Source: Cyanobacterium stanieri LEGE 03274
GTDB lineage: Bacteria > Cyanobacteriota > Cyanobacteriia > Cyanobacteriales > Cyanobacteriaceae
NCBI RefSeq assembly: GCF_015207825.1
Contig: NZ_JADEWC010000004.1
Coordinates: forward strand, 116,155-156,154
Direction of reading: 5' to 3'
Length of the DNA stretch: 40,000 bases
The stretch's first letter is position 1, and each line of letters begins with the position of its first letter. Positions 36,506 to 40,000 of this stretch are shown piece after piece. The translations under genes were made by a program, and so were the position numbers. The notes beneath the pieces are model-generated. The model saw nothing but the letters and a program-made list of their open reading frames with translations, was not told where the DNA came from and made no database searches.

Positions 36506-38059
36506 TTATTTGTTGATGGCAATATCGTTTATGACTTGATTAGGTGCGATCGCACTTTCTAATACAGAACTACTAATCACAGAATTATTAGCCACAGTAA
36601 CCACAGGATTAGAGAGAATACCAATCAAAGAAGTTGCAACCACCAATAATACTAGGGATACTTGCATGGCACGCATACCGGGAAGATTCCAGCGCACTGG
36701 GGGGTATCTTTTGACCACTTCGGACATTTCTTGAGGTTCTTTTACTACCATCATTTTTACCACTCGGATATAGTAGTAAATAGAAATTACACTGGTGACG
36801 AGCGCCGTTAAAACTAAGCCATAAAGCCCACTTTGCCATCCTGCCCAGAAAATGTAAATTTTACCAAAAAATCCAGCCAAGGGGGGAATACCGCCGAGGG
36901 AGAGTAGGCAGAGGCTTAAACCAAGGGTGAGGAGGGGATCTTTTTGATATAATCCTGCATAATCACTAATTTTATCAGTACCTGTTCTGAGGGCAAAGAG
37001 AATTACACAGGTAAATGCCCCAAGGTTCATGAATAGGTAGATAAAGAGATAGAATATCATACTAGAATATCCTGCCTGGGAGTCGGCTACTAAACCAATC
37101 ATTACAAACCCTGCTTGACCGATGGAGGAATAGGCTAACATTCTTTTCATGCTAGTTTGAGCCAAAGCAACCACGTTTCCGAGTACCATACTAAGGATGG
37201 CAAGGGCGGTAAAAATGAATTGCCATTGTTCGCCCATGGGGTTGAAAGCGGTGGCCAGTAAACGAATGGCGATGGCAAATCCTGCGGCTTTTGAACCCAC
37301 GGAAAGGAAGGCAACTACGGGGGTGGGTGAACCTTCGTAAACGTCTGGAGTCCACTGGTGGAAGGGTACAGCGGAGATTTTGAAGGCGATACCTGCAATG
37401 ACAAACACAAGGGCAATGGCTAATCCTAGGGATTCTAACCCAGTGCCTACTTGGATGGTAGAGGCGATCGCATTTATATCCGTTAAACCGCCAGAAAGTC
37501 CATATAACAAGGATAGACCATAAAGAAAAATAGCAGAACTAGCCGCCCCAATCAAAAGATATTTTAAGGCTGCTTCATTGGAACGAGGATCTCTTTTCAT
37601 GTATCCTGTCATCAGGTATGAAGAAATACTGAGCATTTCTAGGGATACAAAAATCATCACCAATTCTGATGCACCACACAAAAACATCCCACCCAAGGTA
37701 GCGGTAAGTAAAATACAGATAAACTCTGATAGGGCAGTGCCTGTATTTTCAATATAAGTAATGCTCATGGTGATGGTAATCGCCGCAGAAAGTGCCACAA
37801 TGATGCGGAATACAATACTGAGGTTATCACCCACAAACGAGCCTAAAAAGGATTGGGGATTAGGGTTATCCCATCCCAGAATGAGGGCTACCACAGACGC
37901 AAGTAAACCACCAATAGCAACATAGGGAAGCCATGAAGCGGATTTACGTCCAAAAATTAAATCTCCTATTAATACTAATAATAATGTTATCACAACAATT
38001 CCTTCTGGTAGAATTGCGATCGCATTTAATTGACTAGCGACTTGACTAGAAAAATCCAT
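36506..38059 (-). CDS. ndhB: NAD(P)H-quinone oxidoreductase (NDH-1) subunit 2
   Basis: 517-aa polytopic membrane protein. The N-terminus [20 protein letters not shown] and the antiporter-like body ([16 protein letters not shown]) are characteristic of cyanobacterial NdhB. Confidence 0.93.
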   Translation of the reverse strand: MDFSSQVASQLNAIAILPEGIVVITLLLVLIGDLIFGRKSASWLPYVAIGGLLASVVALILGWDNPNPQSFLGSFVGDNLSIVFRIIVALSAAITITMSITYIENTGTALSEFICILLTATLGGMFLCGASELVMIFVSLEMLSISSYLMTGYMKRDPRSNEAALKYLLIGAASSAIFLYGLSLLYGLSGGLTDINAIASTIQVGTGLESLGLAIALVFVIAGIAFKISAVPFHQWTPDVYEGSPTPVVAFLSVGSKAAGFAIAIRLLATAFNPMGEQWQFIFTALAILSMVLGNVVALAQTSMKRMLAYSSIGQAGFVMIGLVADSQAGYSSMIFYLFIYLFMNLGAFTCVILFALRTGTDKISDYAGLYQKDPLLTLGLSLCLLSLGGIPPLAGFFGKIYIFWAGWQSGLYGLVLTALVTSVISIYYYIRVVKMMVVKEPQEMSEVVKRYPPVRWNLPGMRAMQVSLVLLVVATSLIGILSNPVVTVANNSVISSSVLESAIAPNQVINDIAINK

Positions 38060-38133
38060 AATTAGTTGATTTTAAAACTATCAATAGTCAATCTTACCCG
38101 AAAAGTTCCTACAATGGATAGTTGAGAGTTGAT

Positions 38134-38152
38134 AATTGATAATGAATAATTG
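38134..38152 (+). repeat. Family-B core variant (AATTGATAATGAATAATTG)
   Basis: Read directly from the sequence. It lies 75-93 bp upstream of the ndhB ATG (38059). A GGGGAATAGGCAATGG tract follows at 38201-38216. Confidence 0.6.
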
Positions 38153-38376
38153 TTTTATGGCATTACTTAGAGTTTGTTGAAAAAGTGGAGTCGTGAGGGC
38201 GGGGAATAGGCAATGGTTTCTGTGTTTTAACTGTGTTTTTGCAAAAAAAACATTATTTTTCTGTATTTTTTGATGGTTATAATGTGTTCAAATACTTGAT
38301 ATGTCTAGTTTATAATTCATTCAGCAGACCCTACTTAATTATGGATGATAATTTAATATCATAGAAAGGTCTAAAT

Positions 38377-38619
38377 ATGTTTATGGATAAAAAACCCCAT
38401 TTAATAGTTATATGTAACGGTAGATCTTGTAAAAAATATGGAAGTAATTACCTTTTAGAAGCTATTCAAAAAGAAAAGGAAAATAACACAAAAGTGATAA
38501 CTAAATATTGTTTTGGTCATTGTGGTAATGGTATTACAGTTTTAATCTTACCAGAACAAAAAATTTATCCTAACATAAGAAATAAGAAGGAACTTTTAAA
38601 TATACTCAACTCTGAATAA
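38377..38619 (+). CDS. Thioredoxin-like [2Fe-2S] ferredoxin-domain protein
   Basis: 80 aa with four Cys arranged C13-x4-C18 ... C45-x3-C49 (VICNGRSCKK ... YCFGHCGNG). The start could be M1 or M3. Confidence 0.6.
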   Translation: MFMDKKPHLIVICNGRSCKKYGSNYLLEAIQKEKENNTKVITKYCFGHCGNGITVLILPEQKIYPNIRNKKELLNILNSE

Positions 38620-38624
38620 TTATC

Positions 38625-39293
38625 ATGGCTAAAACAATATTAATCACAGGAGTAAGTAAAGGATTAGGAAAAGCATTAACAGAAAAATTTATCCCTTTAG
38701 GTCATACTGTTATAGGGTGCGCTCGTTCCTACAATACCATCAAAGAATTACAACATAAATATCCAGAACACTATTTTTCTTCCCTCAATGTAGCCAGTTA
38801 TCAAGAAGTAAAAAAATGGCTTAAATCCTTACCTCAAATTCCCGACTTAGTCATCAACAACGCTGCCATTATTAATCAACCAGCGCCCCTATGGGAAATA
38901 CCTACCGAAGATTTTGATCAACTAATTGACATTAATATCAAAGGCACAGCCAACATAATTCGGGGAATAGTACCCCTGATGATGGACAAAAAAGAAGGTA
39001 TCATTGTTAATCTTAGCTCAGGTTGGGGACGTTCCACCTCCCCCGAAGTTGCTCCCTATTGTGCTTCTAAATGGGCTATTGAAGGATTAACTAAAGCCCT
39101 TGCCCAAGAGTTACCGGGCAACCTTGCCACCGTTGCCCTAAATCCTGGGGTTATTAATACCGAAATGTTAAATACTTGTTTTGGTGAAGAGGCAAAATTA
39201 TATGATTCTATTGATGATTGGGTGAAAAAAGCTGTTCCTTTTTTATTAAGTTTATCTCTCAGAAATAATGGGGATTCTTTAACAGTTAGTTAG
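38625..39293 (+). CDS. Short-chain dehydrogenase/reductase (SDR)
   Basis: Cofactor motif TGVSKGLGKAL, NNAA motif and catalytic YCASK. It starts 5 nt after the ferredoxin-like ORF. Confidence 0.85.
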   Translation: MAKTILITGVSKGLGKALTEKFIPLGHTVIGCARSYNTIKELQHKYPEHYFSSLNVASYQEVKKWLKSLPQIPDLVINNAAIINQPAPLWEIPTEDFDQLIDINIKGTANIIRGIVPLMMDKKEGIIVNLSSGWGRSTSPEVAPYCASKWAIEGLTKALAQELPGNLATVALNPGVINTEMLNTCFGEEAKLYDSIDDWVKKAVPFLLSLSLRNNGDSLTVS

Positions 39294-39295
39294 AC

Positions 39296-39868
39296 CTAAA
39301 AAGATAACCAACTGAACATTTTTTCTACGGATAAATCTAAGTTTTTAATATCATCTAAAACAGGTAAAATTTCCTTTTCTACTTTAATTTCTGGAAATTG
39401 ATTCGGCTTAAGAATCATTACTGATTCATCCTCTGTATCAATTAACCAACCGAGTTTTGTTCCCTCCCCCAGACAAAACATAATTTTTCGCATAACTTTA
39501 TTGGCAGATTGTTCGGGGGACAAAATTTCAATTACCCAATCTGGATAAGTTAAAAAACGATTGGCAATTTTCCCTTTTTCATTTTTAGGAATACGTTGCC
39601 ATGTGAAAACTGATATATCTGGTACTAACGATCGCCCCCCAAAGGTACATCTTAATTCAGGAAAGGCATAGGCGATTTTGTTTTCTAAAACTTTTTGATT
39701 AATTGCAGTGGCTAAACTGCCTTGTAAGACGCTATGTTGTCCTTGGAGCATGGATTTTTGTTCTATTTTTCCATTAATATATTCACTATAAGGCTTAGTT
39801 TCAGGCAGTTTGAGAAATTCATCTAAACTTATTAATGTTTGATCAATGGACTCGATAGAATTAACCAT
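39296..39868 (-). CDS. Uma2-family (DUF820) PD-(D/E)XK endonuclease-like protein
   Basis: The pattern is typical of the abundant cyanobacterial Uma2 family (..PETKPYSEYINGKIEQKSM.., LVPDISVF.., PDWVIEILSP). The ORF-track start 39895 is TTG; the ATG at 39868 is more likely. Confidence 0.75.
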   Translation of the reverse strand: MVNSIESIDQTLISLDEFLKLPETKPYSEYINGKIEQKSMLQGQHSVLQGSLATAINQKVLENKIAYAFPELRCTFGGRSLVPDISVFTWQRIPKNEKGKIANRFLTYPDWVIEILSPEQSANKVMRKIMFCLGEGTKLGWLIDTEDESVMILKPNQFPEIKVEKEILPVLDDIKNLDLSVEKMFSWLSF

Positions 39869-39918
39869 ATAGTTACTCCAAATGAAAATGACCAAATTAT
39901 AAAAGACTTATAAAACAA

Positions 39919-39950
39919 GGGTTTTAGCTGGTGAAACTGTCTCAAAACCC
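39919..39950 (-). terminator. Stem-loop with T-rich tail on the minus strand; possible terminator of a gene beyond the right window edge
   Basis: GGGTTTT-(18 nt)-AAAACCC. On the minus strand it is followed by TTGTTTTAT. Confidence 0.3.
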
Positions 39951-40000
39951 ACTTAAATAACTATAACTGTTACATTCTAATAATTTTAACCTAATACCCT

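Noticed and set aside
173-36839. Numerous 60-160-aa ORFs in the track lie inside or antisense to well-supported genes. They are at 173-439, 575-856, 4918-5310, 5377-5856, 6069-6416, 6115-6483, 7797-8015, 9265-9504, 11806-12045, 11976-12176, 14744-14989, 15568-15999, 17002-17187, 19343-19534, 19459-19650, 21344-21535, 22892-23089, 26302-26505, 27581-27805, 29619-29810, 30681-30881, 33782-34045, 34793-35056 and 36609-36839.
   Set aside because: Each is fully overlapped by a longer ORF with clear family motifs. Their translations are compositionally odd and carry no recognisable motifs, so I treat them as shadow ORFs.

Overview
This is an AT-rich cyanobacterial chromosomal segment. The HIP1 octamer GCGATCGC recurs throughout genes and spacers, and the gene content is photosynthetic (chlD, ndhB, rpaB). 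From codon usage and gene content I infer a unicellular, Cyanobacterium/Geminocystis-like lineage, but this is not proven. I support about 35 protein genes, mostly housekeeping: iron ABC uptake components, a PhoR/SphS-like histidine kinase, a CAX Ca2+/H+ exchanger, chlD, ispE, miaA, dnaG, rpaB, comB, an HdrB-like CCG protein, moaE, a DUF1537-type kinase, gyrA and ndhB. Three parts look accessory or unusual. (1) A small defence islet lies between chlD and ispE. It holds a HindIII-family restriction enzyme, a beta-class DNA methyltransferase and a hicB-hicA toxin-antitoxin pair, and the hicBA pair is bracketed by paired HIP1-containing direct repeats. (2) A complete four-gene mycosporine-like amino acid (MAA) cluster sits in the order mysA-mysB-mysD-mysC, with mysD and mysC separated by a 137-bp tandem repeat array. 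(3) At least three families of small non-coding repeats fill the intergenic spacers: a dispersed double-hairpin element with compensatory stem changes, a roughly 150-bp MITE-like element with 16-bp inverted termini, and STRR-like CAATG-heptamer tracts upstream of many genes. I recognised no rRNA, tRNA, CRISPR array, transposase or integrase. I did not find a protein-coding system that I can call unprecedented. The repeat families and the repeat-bracketed hicBA cassette are the least explained structures. All homology calls come from motif recognition and memory of family sequences, not from database searches.
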